Source: Oscillospiraceae bacterium
GTDB lineage: Bacteria; Bacillota; Clostridia; Oscillospirales; JAGBHD01
Direction of reading: 5' to 3'
Assembly (NCBI GenBank): GCA_018110785.1
Contig: JAGBHD010000026.1
Location: 2,054 to 66,053, forward strand
DNA length: 64,000 bases
Positions 1 to 10,230 of this stretch are shown here, piece after piece; within the stretch, counting starts at the first letter, position 1; each line of letters opens with the position of its first letter. The notes beneath the pieces are model-generated. The model did no database searches. It was not told where the DNA came from and was given only the letters and a program-made list of their open reading frames with translations. The translations under genes and the position numbers were made by a program.

Positions 1-1556
1 AAGAACTGAGGTTTAACATAGGGCTGACCGCCGCCTGCAACGCAACCGCCGGGGCATCCCATAATCTCGATAAATGTATATTTGCTCTTTCCCTCTTTGA
101 TTTCATCAAGAAGAATCTTAGCATTCTTCATGCCATGAGCAACAGCAACATTAAGAACAGTTCCGTTAACATCAATAGAAGCCTCTTTGATTCCGTCCAT
201 TCCGCGAACAGCCTCAAACTTGATAGCCTCGTGCTCTTTACCTGTTAAAGCGTGGTAAGCAGTTCTGAGCGCTGCTTCCATAACACCGCCTGTAGCTCCG
301 AAGATAACGCCTGCGCCTGTATAATCGCCAACGAGATCATAATCAAACTCTTCATCAGGGAGTTTGTTAAAGTTAATTCCGCTTCTGCGGATAAGCTTAG
401 CAAGCTCTCTTGTTGTTAAAACTGCATCAACATCAAAAAGTCCGTTTGTTTTAAGCTGCTCTCTTTCCTTCTCTGCTTTCTTTGCGGTACAAGGCATAAT
501 AGATACAACATACATATCGGCGGGGTTAACACCGATTTTCTCAGCATAGTAGCTCTTTAAGATAGCACCGAACATCTCATGAGGAGATTTGCAGGAAGAA
601 AGGTGAGGTAAAAGCTCAGAGTAGTTATACTCTGCATAGTTTACCCAACCGGGGGAACAAGAGGTAATCATCGGGAGAGCGCCGCCGTTTTTAATTCTGC
701 CTAAAAGCTCGGTAGCCTCTTCCATAATGGTTAAGTCTGCTGCATAGTTGGTATCGAATACCTTATTAAATCCGAGTCTACGGAGAGCTGCAACCATCTT
801 TCCTGTAACAGCTGTTCCAATCGGCATTCCGAATTCTTCGCCTAAAGCCGCTCTAACAGCAGGAGCTGTCTGAACAACAACATATTTTCCTGCTTTGAAA
901 GCAGCGTCGACCTTATCAATTTCGCTTTTCTCCATTAATGCACCTGTCGGGCAAACGCTTACGCACTGTCCGCACATAATGCAAGGAGATTTCGCAAAGG
1001 AACGATTCTCTGCGGGAGAAACGATTGTATTGAATCCGCGGTTTTCAAAGCCTAAAATTCCAAGGCCATGAGCATTTTTGCATCTTTCAACGCAACGGCC
1101 GCAAAGAACGCATTTAGAGGTATCTCTAACGATAGAGGGTGTTACATCATCAAAGGAAACAGGAGTCTGTTCGCCTTTAAACATATCATCTCTGGCGCCT
1201 GTTAATTTTGCAACGTGCAAAAGCTCGCAAGCTCCGTTTTTATCACACTGCTGACACTTCATAGAGTGGTTTGAAAGAAGAAGCTCAACAGAAGCTCTTC
1301 TTGCAGCGGTTGCTTTAGGAGTAGAGATCTTTATCTCCATTCCCTCATTTACGGGATAAACGCAGGATGCAACAAGGCCACGAGCACCTGTAGCTTCAAC
1401 TAAGCATACGCGGCAGGAGCCTTTGGAGCATTCGCCATGATTATATGCACAAAGAGAAGGAATTTCATAGCCGCAAATGCGAGCTGCTTCTAAAATAGTA
1501 AGTCCTTCTTCTACCTGATAGGAAACACCTTCAATTTTAATATTTACTAAAGCCAT
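1..1556 (-). CDS. hydA: [FeFe]-hydrogenase catalytic subunit (HydA of a HydABC-type complex); 3' end runs off the left edge
   Basis: Absent from the ORF track because it is open at the window edge. My translation from ATG 1556 gives MALVNIKIEGVSYQVEEGLTILEAARICGYEIPSLCAYNHGECSKGSCRVC. It continues with CVLCGRCVERC and CIMCGQCVSVCP (4Fe-4S) and the H-cluster motifs MITSCSPGW, MPCTAK and EIMGCPGGC. RBS GGGAGGAAA at 1563-1571. Confidence 0.92.
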   Translation of the reverse strand, partial: MALVNIKIEGVSYQVEEGLTILEAARICGYEIPSLCAYNHGECSKGSCRVCLVEATGARGLVASCVYPVNEGMEIKISTPKATAARRASVELLLSNHSMKCQQCDKNGACELLHVAKLTGARDDMFKGEQTPVSFDDVTPSIVRDTSKCVLCGRCVERCKNAHGLGILGFENRGFNTIVSPAENRSFAKSPCIMCGQCVSVCPTGALMEKSEIDKVDAAFKAGKYVVVQTAPAVRAALGEEFGMPIGTAVTGKMVAALRRLGFNKVFDTNYAADLTIMEEATELLGRIKNGGALPMITSCSPGWVNYAEYNYSELLPHLSSCKSPHEMFGAILKSYYAEKIGVNPADMYVVSIMPCTAKKAEKEREQLKTNGLFDVDAVLTTRELAKLIRRSGINFNKLPDEEFDYDLVGDYTGAGVIFGATGGVMEAALRTAYHALTGKEHEAIKFEAVRGMDGIKEASIDVNGTVLNVAVAHGMKNAKILLDEIKEGKSKYTFIEIMGCPGGCVAGGGQPYVKPQF

Positions 1557-1571
1557 TATCTGTTTCCTCCC

Positions 1572-3437
1572 TTATTTCTTAACTATTGCTTTGAATTTGC
1601 AGGACGATAAGCACATGCCGCACTTAATACATTTATCCTGATCGATTACATAAGGCTCCTTGCCAACAACGCCTGTAATAGCGTTAACGGGGCACTGACG
1701 AGCGCAGAGGCTGCACTTTTTACATTTATCTGCCTCGATCTCATACTTCATAAGGTTTTTGCAAACCTTCGCGGGGCATCTGCCCTCAACGATATGAGCG
1801 ATATACTCATCTTTAAAGTGAGCAAGTGTAGATAAAACGGGGTTAGCCGCTGTCTGTCCGAGACCGCAAAGAGAGCCTTCCTTAATGGTATAGCTAAGCT
1901 CTTCGAGCTCATCTAAATCTTTCATAGTAGCCTTGCCATCGGTAATCTTGGTTAATATCTCAAGCATACGCTTTGTTCCGATTCGGCAGGGAGAGCATTT
2001 TCCGCAAGACTCGTCGCAGATAAATTCCATATAGAATTTAGCAACGTCAACCATACAGTTGTCCTCGTCCATAACGATAGCTCCGCCCGAACCCATCATA
2101 GAGCCCATTGCAACGAGGTTATCGAAGTAGATAACAGCGTCAAGTTCGTCTTTTGTAAGACAGCCGCCCGAAGGTCCGCCTGTCTGGATTGCTTTGAATT
2201 CTTTTCCGTCGGGAATGCCGCCGCCGATATCATAGATTAACTCTCTGAGCGTAGTTCCCATAGGAATCTCAACAAGACCAACGTTATTAACCTTTCCGCC
2301 GAGAGCGAAAACCTTAGTTCCTTTGGATTTTTCTGTTCCATACTGAGTGAAAGCATCAACGCCTTCTCTTAAAATATAAGGAACGCAAGCGAGTGTTTCA
2401 ACGTTGTTTATAATAGAAGGGCTGTCCCAAAGTCCTTTAACTGCGGGGAAAGGAGGACGAGGACGAGGCATACCGCGTTTTCCCTCGATAGAGTTTAAAA
2501 GAGCGGTTTCTTCGCCGCAAACGAATGCACCTGCGCCAAGACGGATATGTACGCGGAAGCTGAAATCAGTTCCTAAAATGTTATCGCCTAAAAGACCTAA
2601 CTCTTCAGCTTCTTTAATAGCAAGACGCAAACGGTTAACTGCGATAGGATACTCAGCGCGAACATAGAAATAACCGTTCTGAGCGCCGATAGCATAGCCT
2701 GCAATAGCCATACCCTCGATAACTGCAAGGGGGTTACCCTCTAAGATAGAGCGGTCCATAAATGCACCGGGGTCACCCTCGTCGCCGTTACAAACGACAT
2801 ATTTGTCGCCATCGGGCTGAGCATATGCGAACTGCCATTTTCTACCTGTCGGGAATCCGCCGCCGCCGCGTCCGCGAAGACCTGAATCGAGAACGTTTTT
2901 AATAACGTCTGCTCTGTCCATCTTAAGGGCATTGGCAAGGCCCTGAAAAGCGCCTATTCCAAGAGCTTCGTTTATATCCTCGGGGTTGATAGTACCGCAG
3001 CCAAAGAGAGAAATTCTTCTCTGCTTTTTATAGAAGTTAATCTCGTCCTGAGTCTGAACCTTCTCGCCCGAAGCGGGATCAACATATAAAAGACGCTCAA
3101 TGATTTCGCCGCCGATAATGTCTTTTTCCATGATCTCTTCAACATCAGAGGGTTTAACAAGACGATAAAGGGTATCTTCGGGATAGATTTTAACGAAAGG
3201 TCCCTGAGAGCAGAAACCGAAGCAGCCCGCGATATTAACGCTAACCTTATCGCCAAGGCCTTTTTCAGCTATTAAAGCTTCAAATTTTTCTTTTATCTCC
3301 TGAGAGTTGGAAGAAAGACAGCCTGTTCCTCCGCAGAGAACTATAGCTCTTTTTCCGCCTTCTCCTGCGAATTTACCATCCATTTTAGCGCGGCAAGCAT
3401 TATATTTAGCATTTAATTCTTCGAAATTCTTAATCAT
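1572..3437 (-). CDS. hydB: NADH-binding flavoprotein subunit of bifurcating hydrogenase (NuoF-like, HydB)
   Basis: 621 aa. FMN/NADH motif GGGGFPTGRKW; C-terminal ferredoxin motifs CKKCSLCARQCP and CIKCGMCLSSC. Tightly packed between hydC and hydA. Confidence 0.9.
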   Translation of the reverse strand: MIKNFEELNAKYNACRAKMDGKFAGEGGKRAIVLCGGTGCLSSNSQEIKEKFEALIAEKGLGDKVSVNIAGCFGFCSQGPFVKIYPEDTLYRLVKPSDVEEIMEKDIIGGEIIERLLYVDPASGEKVQTQDEINFYKKQRRISLFGCGTINPEDINEALGIGAFQGLANALKMDRADVIKNVLDSGLRGRGGGGFPTGRKWQFAYAQPDGDKYVVCNGDEGDPGAFMDRSILEGNPLAVIEGMAIAGYAIGAQNGYFYVRAEYPIAVNRLRLAIKEAEELGLLGDNILGTDFSFRVHIRLGAGAFVCGEETALLNSIEGKRGMPRPRPPFPAVKGLWDSPSIINNVETLACVPYILREGVDAFTQYGTEKSKGTKVFALGGKVNNVGLVEIPMGTTLRELIYDIGGGIPDGKEFKAIQTGGPSGGCLTKDELDAVIYFDNLVAMGSMMGSGGAIVMDEDNCMVDVAKFYMEFICDESCGKCSPCRIGTKRMLEILTKITDGKATMKDLDELEELSYTIKEGSLCGLGQTAANPVLSTLAHFKDEYIAHIVEGRCPAKVCKNLMKYEIEADKCKKCSLCARQCPVNAITGVVGKEPYVIDQDKCIKCGMCLSSCKFKAIVKK

Positions 3438-3925
3438 TATGCATTCGCCTCCATATTACGGTATTCTTCAACAATCTTCGGAACATCGCTTACAGCAAGT
3501 TTCGGATAAACCTTGCCGTTAATAGTTACAGCGGGAGCTATTCCGCAAGCGCCGATGCAGCGAAGCGCATCGAGGGTGAACATTCCGTCTTCAGAGGTTT
3601 CACCTGCACGAATTCCGATAATTTCAGAGAATTTATCGAGCACCTGCTGAGCGCCTTTAACATAGCATGCAGTTCCCAGACAGCAACCGATAACATACTT
3701 GCCCTTCGGCTTTAAAGAGAAGAAGGAATAGAATGTTACAACACCGTAAATCTCTGCAACAGAAATACCGGTCTTTTCGGAAATAAGTTCCTGCACCTCT
3801 AACGGTATGTATCCGTATTCATTCTGAACATCAGAAAGAATCATCATAAGAGGTGTTTTTTCGTTTGCATATCTGTCGCAAATCTCTGTAATTTTTTTGA
3901 CAGCTGCTTCGTTTAAATGAGCCAT
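3437..3925 (-). CDS. hydC: NuoE-like 2Fe-2S subunit of bifurcating hydrogenase (HydC)
   Basis: 162 aa. Thioredoxin-like 2Fe-2S cysteines (CCLGTACYVKG ... CIGACGIAP). First gene behind a consensus promoter. Confidence 0.88.
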   Translation of the reverse strand: MAHLNEAAVKKITEICDRYANEKTPLMMILSDVQNEYGYIPLEVQELISEKTGISVAEIYGVVTFYSFFSLKPKGKYVIGCCLGTACYVKGAQQVLDKFSEIIGIRAGETSEDGMFTLDALRCIGACGIAPAVTINGKVYPKLAVSDVPKIVEEYRNMEANA

Positions 3926-3984
3926 TACTTTTTCCCCTTTGCTTAATTTTATTTAAGATATTTAGAAAATCTCAGTCGTAAATT

Positions 3985-4013
3985 ATTATAACAAATTGAT
4001 AAATTTTTGTCAA
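3985..4013 (-). promoter_or_regulatory. Sigma-A-type promoter of hydCBA
   Basis: Minus strand reads TTGACA (4008-4013), a 17-nt spacer, then TATAAT (3985-3990), about 60 nt upstream of the hydC ATG. Confidence 0.75.
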
Positions 4014-4045
4014 TACAAATTCCCCCTTATTTAGAGCCGTTTTAA

Positions 4046-4079
4046 AAATAAAAAAGCAGGAGAAATTCCTGCTTTTTCA
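4046..4079 (-). terminator. Rho-independent terminator after thrB (hairpin usable in both directions)
   Basis: AGCAGG-agaaatt-CCTGCT hairpin flanked by an A-run and a T-run, immediately after the thrB TGA (4080-4082). Confidence 0.75.
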
Positions 4080-4964
4080 TCATTCTATTATAATTCCGCC
4101 GTTATCGGGCTTTAGCGCTAAGGCTCGCCAGCTCGAAATATCGGTAAACTGCATTTGCTCGGAAATAGCCTTTGTAAAATCCTCGCTCTCCGATACCGCC
4201 ATAACGGTAGGTCCTGAGCCGCTTATAAAAAATGCGGTTGCTCCAAGGTGGAATGCTAAACGCTCAGCCGTATCGAAGCCTTTAATAAGGCGGCGGCGGT
4301 AAGGCTGATGAAGCTTATCTCCCATTGATGCCGCAAGCATCTCGGTATTTCCCTCTTCAAATGCCTTTAAAACAAGGGCTGTTCTCGAAAGGTTATAAAC
4401 CGCATCCGCGCGCAACACTTCTTTGGGAAGAACCTGCCTCGCCTTTTCTGTGCTTAAATGAAAATCGGGAATAAGAGCGGTAAAATGAAATTTCTCGCTG
4501 ATTTTAAACCGCGCGGTATAAATTCCGTTTTCGGTTGCCGCCGAAACGGTAAGTCCGCCGTAAATCGCGGGGGCTAAATTATCGGGGTGCCCCTCTATTT
4601 CTGTCCCTATCTCCAAAAGCTCCTCTTTCGTTAAAGGATATCCGCATATAGCATTCGCCGCCGCGGCTCCCGCTGCAATCAATGCCGCCGAAGAGCCAAG
4701 TCCTCTTGAAGCGGGAATTTCAGAAGCTATTGTTATCTTAACAGACGAATCATCACAGCCTATTTTCTCCATCGTCTTTTTATATGAAAGATAGGCTAAA
4801 TTATTTTCGTTTCTATATTTCTCGTCGCACCCCTCGATAACAATGCCGCCGTCAGTTTTCTCAAAGGTCAGCCTATCATAAAGGGAAAGAGCCATTCCAA
4901 CGCAGTCAAATCCCGGACCTATATTTGCCGTAGTCGCGTTAACGCGAACTGTTACCTTGTCCAT
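4080..4964 (-). CDS. thrB: Homoserine kinase
   Basis: 294 aa. GHMP-kinase motif PASRGLGSSAA. Overlaps the thrC 3' end by 13 nt. Confidence 0.9.
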   Translation of the reverse strand: MDKVTVRVNATTANIGPGFDCVGMALSLYDRLTFEKTDGGIVIEGCDEKYRNENNLAYLSYKKTMEKIGCDDSSVKITIASEIPASRGLGSSAALIAAGAAAANAICGYPLTKEELLEIGTEIEGHPDNLAPAIYGGLTVSAATENGIYTARFKISEKFHFTALIPDFHLSTEKARQVLPKEVLRADAVYNLSRTALVLKAFEEGNTEMLAASMGDKLHQPYRRRLIKGFDTAERLAFHLGATAFFISGSGPTVMAVSESEDFTKAISEQMQFTDISSWRALALKPDNGGIIIE

Positions 4965-6433
4965 ACCTTTTCTTTGGCTTTCCTTTCTACGAGTGCGCTC
5001 ATTTCTTCTTTTTTAACTACAGTGGTGTGTAAAACCTCAGCTTCTTCTAAGTTTTTAAGACCTGACGGAATCGGAACACCCGTTTCAGCTTCCAATTCTC
5101 TCATCATTTCAAATTCGTTTTCATTCTTTTTAAGCCCTATCGCAGGAGCAACAAAGCCCGAGAATTTATAGGGCGAAGCAGTAGATAAAATAACGGTAGG
5201 TGTTTTATCTCCCGTCTTGTTTTTATATTTCTCATAAACCCCTATTGCAACAGCAGTATGGGTATCAGAAAGATAGCCTTTCTTTTCATAGGTATTCTTT
5301 ATAACCGCGCTTGTCGCCTCATCATCAAGATAATCAGCATAAAATTCCTCTTTAAGACGAGCAAGCTGGTCTTCTTCAACCTTGTAGCTACCCTCTTCAT
5401 TTAAAGCCTTCATATATTTTGCAACCTTTTCATTATCGCAGCCGCTTGAAAGATATAAAAGGCGCTCTAAATTGCTCGAAATTAAAATATCCATCGAGGG
5501 AGAAGCCGTTTTAAGGAAAGGACGGCGGCGGTCATAAACTCCCGTTTCAAAAAAGTCGGTCAAAACATTATTTGCATTGGAAGCAACAATAAGCCTGCCT
5601 ACGGGAAGTCCCATAAGCTTTGCAATATATCCCGCTAAAATATCTCCGAAGTTTCCTGTAGGAACGCAGAAATTAACCTTATCGCCAAAGGAGATATCTC
5701 CCATCGAAATTAAATCGGAATAGGCCTTGAAATAATATACAACCTGCGGAGCAAGTCTGCCTATATTTATAGAGTTTGCGCTCGAAAGGCGAACTCCTTC
5801 TGTACCCGAAAAGGAAGAGAATATATTCTTAACCCCCGTCTGAGCATCATCAAAGTTTCCTTTAACGGCAACAACAAATGTGTTATTTCCCTTCTGGGTT
5901 ACCATCTGTTTTTTCTGAACTGCGCTAACACCGTTTTCGGGATAAAATACGATTATTTTTGTTCCCTCTACATCTTCAAAGCCCTCAAGCGCCGCCTTGC
6001 CTGTATCTCCGCTTGTTGCGGTTAAGATAACAATATCATCTTCTATTCCGTTCTTTTTTGCTGAAGCGGTTAATAAAACGGGCAGAATAGATAAAGCAAC
6101 ATCTTTGAATGCGCTTGTAGGTCCTCTGAAAAGCTCTAATATGTATTCATCTCCGATTTTAACGGTAGGTGTAAGCTCGTCGGTCTCAAATTTTCCCTTG
6201 TAGGCTCTTTCAACCATCGAGCGCATTTCTTCCTTTGTGAAATCGGGGAGCAAAACGCTTAAAATTTCTGTTGCCATATCAAAGGTTGTCTTCCCCATTA
6301 ACTTTTTGGCATCTATCTTTATATTCTCCTCAGAGGAAAACATAAAAAGTCCCCCGTCAGACGCTATTCCTTTTACAATAGCAGCCGAAGCCGAAGATGT
6401 TATATTCTTATTTCTCGTACTTTGATACAACAT
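4952..6433 (-). CDS. thrC: Threonine synthase (long form)
   Basis: 493 aa. PLP-lysine motif FRGPTSAFKD. Sits upstream of thrB. Confidence 0.9.
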   Translation of the reverse strand: MLYQSTRNKNITSSASAAIVKGIASDGGLFMFSSEENIKIDAKKLMGKTTFDMATEILSVLLPDFTKEEMRSMVERAYKGKFETDELTPTVKIGDEYILELFRGPTSAFKDVALSILPVLLTASAKKNGIEDDIVILTATSGDTGKAALEGFEDVEGTKIIVFYPENGVSAVQKKQMVTQKGNNTFVVAVKGNFDDAQTGVKNIFSSFSGTEGVRLSSANSINIGRLAPQVVYYFKAYSDLISMGDISFGDKVNFCVPTGNFGDILAGYIAKLMGLPVGRLIVASNANNVLTDFFETGVYDRRRPFLKTASPSMDILISSNLERLLYLSSGCDNEKVAKYMKALNEEGSYKVEEDQLARLKEEFYADYLDDEATSAVIKNTYEKKGYLSDTHTAVAIGVYEKYKNKTGDKTPTVILSTASPYKFSGFVAPAIGLKKNENEFEMMRELEAETGVPIPSGLKNLEEAEVLHTTVVKKEEMSALVERKAKEKVWTR

Positions 6434-6456
6434 AGGATTCTCCTTTATATTTGTTG

Positions 6457-6485
6457 TTGATTTTTACATTTTACTATGATATAAT
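6457..6485 (+). promoter_or_regulatory. Promoter of hom-ask-asd
   Basis: TTGATT (6457-6462), a 17-nt spacer, then an extended -10 TGaTATAAT (6477-6485). Confidence 0.6.
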
Positions 6486-6543
6486 AAAACGGTTAAAAAT
6501 TCAAGGACTTTTCTAAAATTAGGACCGCGAAAGGGGTAAAAAA

Positions 6544-7692
6544 ATGAATGTAGCTCTTCTTGGGTTCGGTACGGTAGGATACGGAGTATATGAAATTTTA
6601 AGAAAAACTCCCGATATTAAGGTTTCCTATGTGCTCGATTTAAAGAAGCATGATGATATAGAGGCGATAAGCGTAACCGATATCGACCCTATTTTAAACG
6701 ATAAATCGGTTGATACCGTTATCGAACTGATAGGCGGACTTCAGCCGGCAAAGAAGTTTGTTACGGCGGCTTTAGAGGCAGGAAAAAATGTAGTAACCGC
6801 AAACAAATTTTTAATCTGCGAAAGCTTTACCGAGCTTTCAAAAAAAGCAAAAGAAAAAAATGTTTATTTAAGATATACCGCGGCTGTAGGCGGCGGAATA
6901 CCTTGGCTTATAAACCTCTCGCGTTTGTCCCGCTTGTCCCCGCCCGATAAAATAAGCGGCATTTTCAACGGAACTACCAATTATATTCTCGATAGCATGG
7001 AAAGCGAAAAGGCAGAATTTGATGTAGCTTTAAAGGCGGCTCAGGATTTAGGCTTCGCCGAAGCTGATCCCAGCGCCGATATAGATGGGCTTGATACGTT
7101 GCGCAAAATCGTAATCTCGGCAAATATCGCATTCGGCGGTGTTTTCGATTCAAACGATACCGACCTTTTCGGCATTCGCCGCATTAAAAAGGCAGATATC
7201 GAAGCCGCCGAGAGCTTAGGGCTTGTATGCCGACTTTTAGGAACAGCCGAAAAAACCGAGAGCGGTGCTTCTATTTTTGTTGAACCTGCATTCTTAGATA
7301 AAAATTCTCCCTTTGCGGCTGTTAAAAAGAATTTCAACCGCATCTCGATTTCTACCCCCTTAGATGAAAACTTAGGATTTTACGGCGCAGGGGCAGGAAG
7401 ATATCCTACCGCGTTTACGGTTGTTAACGATTGCCTCGATATAAAAAGCGGCTCTTTGGAAGCATATAGCTCTTCCTTTGAAGAGAAATGCGTTGATAAC
7501 TCTAAAATATCCCATAAATATTATGTAAGATGCCCTATAGCAGATGCTTGGCTCTCTTCTGTTACAGAAAAGAGTGTAGGCGAGGGTGTTATAACCAAAG
7601 AAATTCCCGTTTCCGAAATGCATAAAAACGCGAAACGGTTGTTAAACGAATCGGACGAACTTTTCTTCGCCGAGATAAAAGTAGGAGTGTAA
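6544..7692 (+). CDS. hom: Homoserine dehydrogenase
   Basis: 382 aa. N-terminal LLGFGTVG Rossmann motif and the NAD-binding/catalytic layout of homoserine dehydrogenase. Confidence 0.85.
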   Translation: MNVALLGFGTVGYGVYEILRKTPDIKVSYVLDLKKHDDIEAISVTDIDPILNDKSVDTVIELIGGLQPAKKFVTAALEAGKNVVTANKFLICESFTELSKKAKEKNVYLRYTAAVGGGIPWLINLSRLSRLSPPDKISGIFNGTTNYILDSMESEKAEFDVALKAAQDLGFAEADPSADIDGLDTLRKIVISANIAFGGVFDSNDTDLFGIRRIKKADIEAAESLGLVCRLLGTAEKTESGASIFVEPAFLDKNSPFAAVKKNFNRISISTPLDENLGFYGAGAGRYPTAFTVVNDCLDIKSGSLEAYSSSFEEKCVDNSKISHKYYVRCPIADAWLSSVTEKSVGEGVITKEIPVSEMHKNAKRLLNESDELFFAEIKVGV

Positions 7693-7695
7693 CCC

Positions 7696-9012
7696 ATGTT
7701 AAAAGTAGTAAAATTCGGCGGATCATCTCTTGCAGACGCCAAACAGTTTGAAAAGGTTAAAAATATCGTTAACGCGGACCCTGCGAGAAAAGTCGTAGTT
7801 GTTTCCGCGGCAGGAAAAAGATTTTCCGACGACCATAAGATAACCGACCTTTTATATCTTTGCCACGCGCATATTAAATACGGCGTTTCGGCAGATAGCA
7901 TCTTCTCTATGATTTCCGAGAGATATCTGGAAATTAAAAAGGACCTAAACCTTTCTGTTAATATCGATCCTATTTTAGCAGAGATTAAAGATAATCTTTC
8001 CTCAGGCGCAAATCAGGATTATGTTGTCTCCCGCGGCGAATATCTCTCGGCGATTTTAATGGCAGACTTTTTAGGCTACCGATTTGTTGATGCTTCCGAA
8101 TGGGTAACCTTCCGTTTCGATGGTGAAATAGACCTCGAAACCTCTTATAATAAGCTCTCCTCTATCCCGATAGACGGCGGCATCGTTATTCCCGGATTTT
8201 ATGGTGTTCTGCCCGACGGAGCTATTAAAATAATGTCCCGCGGCGGAAGCGATATAACAGGCGCTTTGGCAGCAGCCGCATATGAAGCTGATGTTTATGA
8301 AAACTGGACAGATGTTCCGGGCGTTTTAATGGCAGATCCGAGAATCGTTAAAGATCCGCTTCCTTTAAAGAGCATTACATATACAGAGCTCAGAGAGCTT
8401 TCCTATATGGGTGCCTCGGTGCTTCACGAATCGGCAGTTTATCCCGTTAAGGATAAAAACATTCCTCTTAACATCCGCGATACAAATGCTCCCGAAAAAG
8501 AGGGAACTATGATTTTAAGCGAATGCCCCGATGATGATGATGATAATTTCATAACAGGCATTACAGGAAGAAAAGATTTTACAATTATAACCATCGCTAA
8601 AACAGGTCTTACAGGCGCTGTAGGTTATCTCAGAATAATTACCGAAGCTTTTGAAAACCATTCGGTTTCTATCGAATGCGTTCCTAACGGAATTGATACA
8701 GTATCTGTAGTTATTTCCTCGAAAATAAAATCAAAAGCGCTTTATTCGGTTATCGGCGAAATTGAAAAGAAATTAAAGCCCGATAGCGTAAATCTTACCG
8801 ATAAGATTTCTATTATCGCCGTTATCGGCAGAAAAATGGCATTCCGCCCCGGAACGAGCGGAAAGCTCTTTGCAGCGCTCGGTCAGAATGAGATAAATAT
8901 CCGCATGATTTCTCAGGGCCCCGACGAAAGAAACATTATTGTCGGTGTTGATAACAGCGATTATGAAAAAACCATCAAGGTTCTTTATGATAAATTTATA
9001 AAAGAGGTATAA
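7696..9012 (+). CDS. Aspartate kinase
   Basis: 438 aa. VVKFGGSSL amino-acid-kinase motif with an ACT-like C-terminal region. Starts 4 nt after hom. Confidence 0.9.
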   Translation: MLKVVKFGGSSLADAKQFEKVKNIVNADPARKVVVVSAAGKRFSDDHKITDLLYLCHAHIKYGVSADSIFSMISERYLEIKKDLNLSVNIDPILAEIKDNLSSGANQDYVVSRGEYLSAILMADFLGYRFVDASEWVTFRFDGEIDLETSYNKLSSIPIDGGIVIPGFYGVLPDGAIKIMSRGGSDITGALAAAAYEADVYENWTDVPGVLMADPRIVKDPLPLKSITYTELRELSYMGASVLHESAVYPVKDKNIPLNIRDTNAPEKEGTMILSECPDDDDDNFITGITGRKDFTIITIAKTGLTGAVGYLRIITEAFENHSVSIECVPNGIDTVSVVISSKIKSKALYSVIGEIEKKLKPDSVNLTDKISIIAVIGRKMAFRPGTSGKLFAALGQNEINIRMISQGPDERNIIVGVDNSDYEKTIKVLYDKFIKEV

Positions 9013-9015
9013 ACA

Positions 9016-10020
9016 ATGAAAAACTATACAGTTGCAATCCTCGGCGCAACAGGCGCTGTAGGTCAGGAAATGCTCAAAATCTTAGAAGAAAGAAACTTCC
9101 CCGTAGGAAAGCTTATCGCTTTAGCTTCTCCGAGAAGTGTCGGAAAGAAAATTTCTTTCCGCGGCGAAGAAATCGAAGTAAAGCTCGCTGAAGCGGGCGC
9201 TTTCGAGGGTGTTGATATCGTTCTCGGCGCGGCAAGTAACGCTGTCGCAAAGGAACTCGCTCCCGCAATCGTTAAAGCAGGTGCAGTTTTCGTTGATAAC
9301 TCAAGTGCTTTCCGTATGTGCGATGATGTTCCGCTTATCGTTCCCGAAATCAACCCCGAGGACGCGAAAAATCATAAAGGAATTATCTCCAACCCCAACT
9401 GCTCAACTATTATTACCTTAGTTGCAGTTAATGCCATCAGAAAGGCAAGTGAAATCACCGCTCTTACCGCTTCTACATATCAGGCAGTTTCGGGCGCAGG
9501 TGCAGGCGGACCTATCGAGCTTATGGAAGAGGTTAAGGCAGATTTCGAGGGCAATTCTTACGAGCCTAAAATCTTCTCAAAGCAGATAGCTTATAACCTT
9601 ATCCCGAAAATCGGTAGTGGCACTGAAAACGGATATACAACCGAGGAAATGAAGCTCCAGAACGAGGGCAGAAAAATAATGCACCTTCCTGAACTCAAAG
9701 TTAGTTGCACCTGCGTTCGCGTTCCCGTTGTTCGCTCCCATTCTATCTCGGTAGTCGTTCATACAAAAGAGCCCGTTTCTGTTGAAAAGGCAAAAGAGCT
9801 TATAGCTTCCGCTAAGGGCTGCCGCCTTACCGACGAGCTTGATAACGATATCTTCCCGATGCCTTTAGATACATCCGACCAAGACATCGTCTTTGTAGGA
9901 AGAATCCGCAAGGACTTAATAAATGAAAACGGTCTCAACCTCTTCTGCTGCGGCGATCAGGTAAGAAAAGGCGCCGCAACCAACGCCGTTCAAATCGCCG
10001 AGCTCTTAATCGAGAAATAA
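9016..10020 (+). CDS. asd: Aspartate-semialdehyde dehydrogenase
   Basis: 334 aa. ILGATGAVG motif and active-site SNPNCSTI. Confidence 0.92.
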   Translation: MKNYTVAILGATGAVGQEMLKILEERNFPVGKLIALASPRSVGKKISFRGEEIEVKLAEAGAFEGVDIVLGAASNAVAKELAPAIVKAGAVFVDNSSAFRMCDDVPLIVPEINPEDAKNHKGIISNPNCSTIITLVAVNAIRKASEITALTASTYQAVSGAGAGGPIELMEEVKADFEGNSYEPKIFSKQIAYNLIPKIGSGTENGYTTEEMKLQNEGRKIMHLPELKVSCTCVRVPVVRSHSISVVVHTKEPVSVEKAKELIASAKGCRLTDELDNDIFPMPLDTSDQDIVFVGRIRKDLINENGLNLFCCGDQVRKGAATNAVQIAELLIEK

Positions 10021-10037
10021 ACCTGTTATAACATTAT

Positions 10038-10075
10038 AAAAAGGCTTTGACCATTGCAGTCAAAGCCTTTTTTGT
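10038..10075 (+). terminator. Rho-independent terminator of asd
   Basis: AAGGCTTTGAC-cattgca-GTCAAAGCCTT followed by TTTTT. Confidence 0.85.
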
Positions 10076-10080
10076 GCCCA

Positions 10081-10173
10081 AAATCCACACACACCACTTC
10101 TACCGACAGTAGAGTTTGATTTGGGGCGCGCCCGTGTGGGTAACGCGAGGAGGGGTGTTGTGTGGAAAAATTT
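10081..10173. repeat. Inverted pair of a GTGTTGTGTGGAAA-like motif around a GC-rich core
   Basis: 10081-10097 aaatccacacacaccac is the approximate reverse complement of 10152-10173 ggggtgttgtgtggaaaaattt. tttgatttggg also occurs twice (10115 and 10170). Confidence 0.5.
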
Positions 10174-10189
10174 GATTTGGGTATGAAAC

Positions 10190-10230
10190 AGGAAAAAACA
10201 AGGCGGTATCTCTTGATACCGCCTTGTTTT
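10190..10230 (-). terminator. Terminator of the lipoprotein gene (bidirectional hairpin)
   Basis: AAGGCGGTATC-tctt-GATACCGCCTT with flanking A and T runs. Confidence 0.8.

Noticed and set aside
364-549. 61-aa plus-strand ORF, plus similar short ORFs at 2404-2667, 2741-2938, 2972-3256 and 3307-3522
   Set aside because: They fall inside or antisense to hydA/hydB, whose Fe-S and H-cluster motifs define the true frames.
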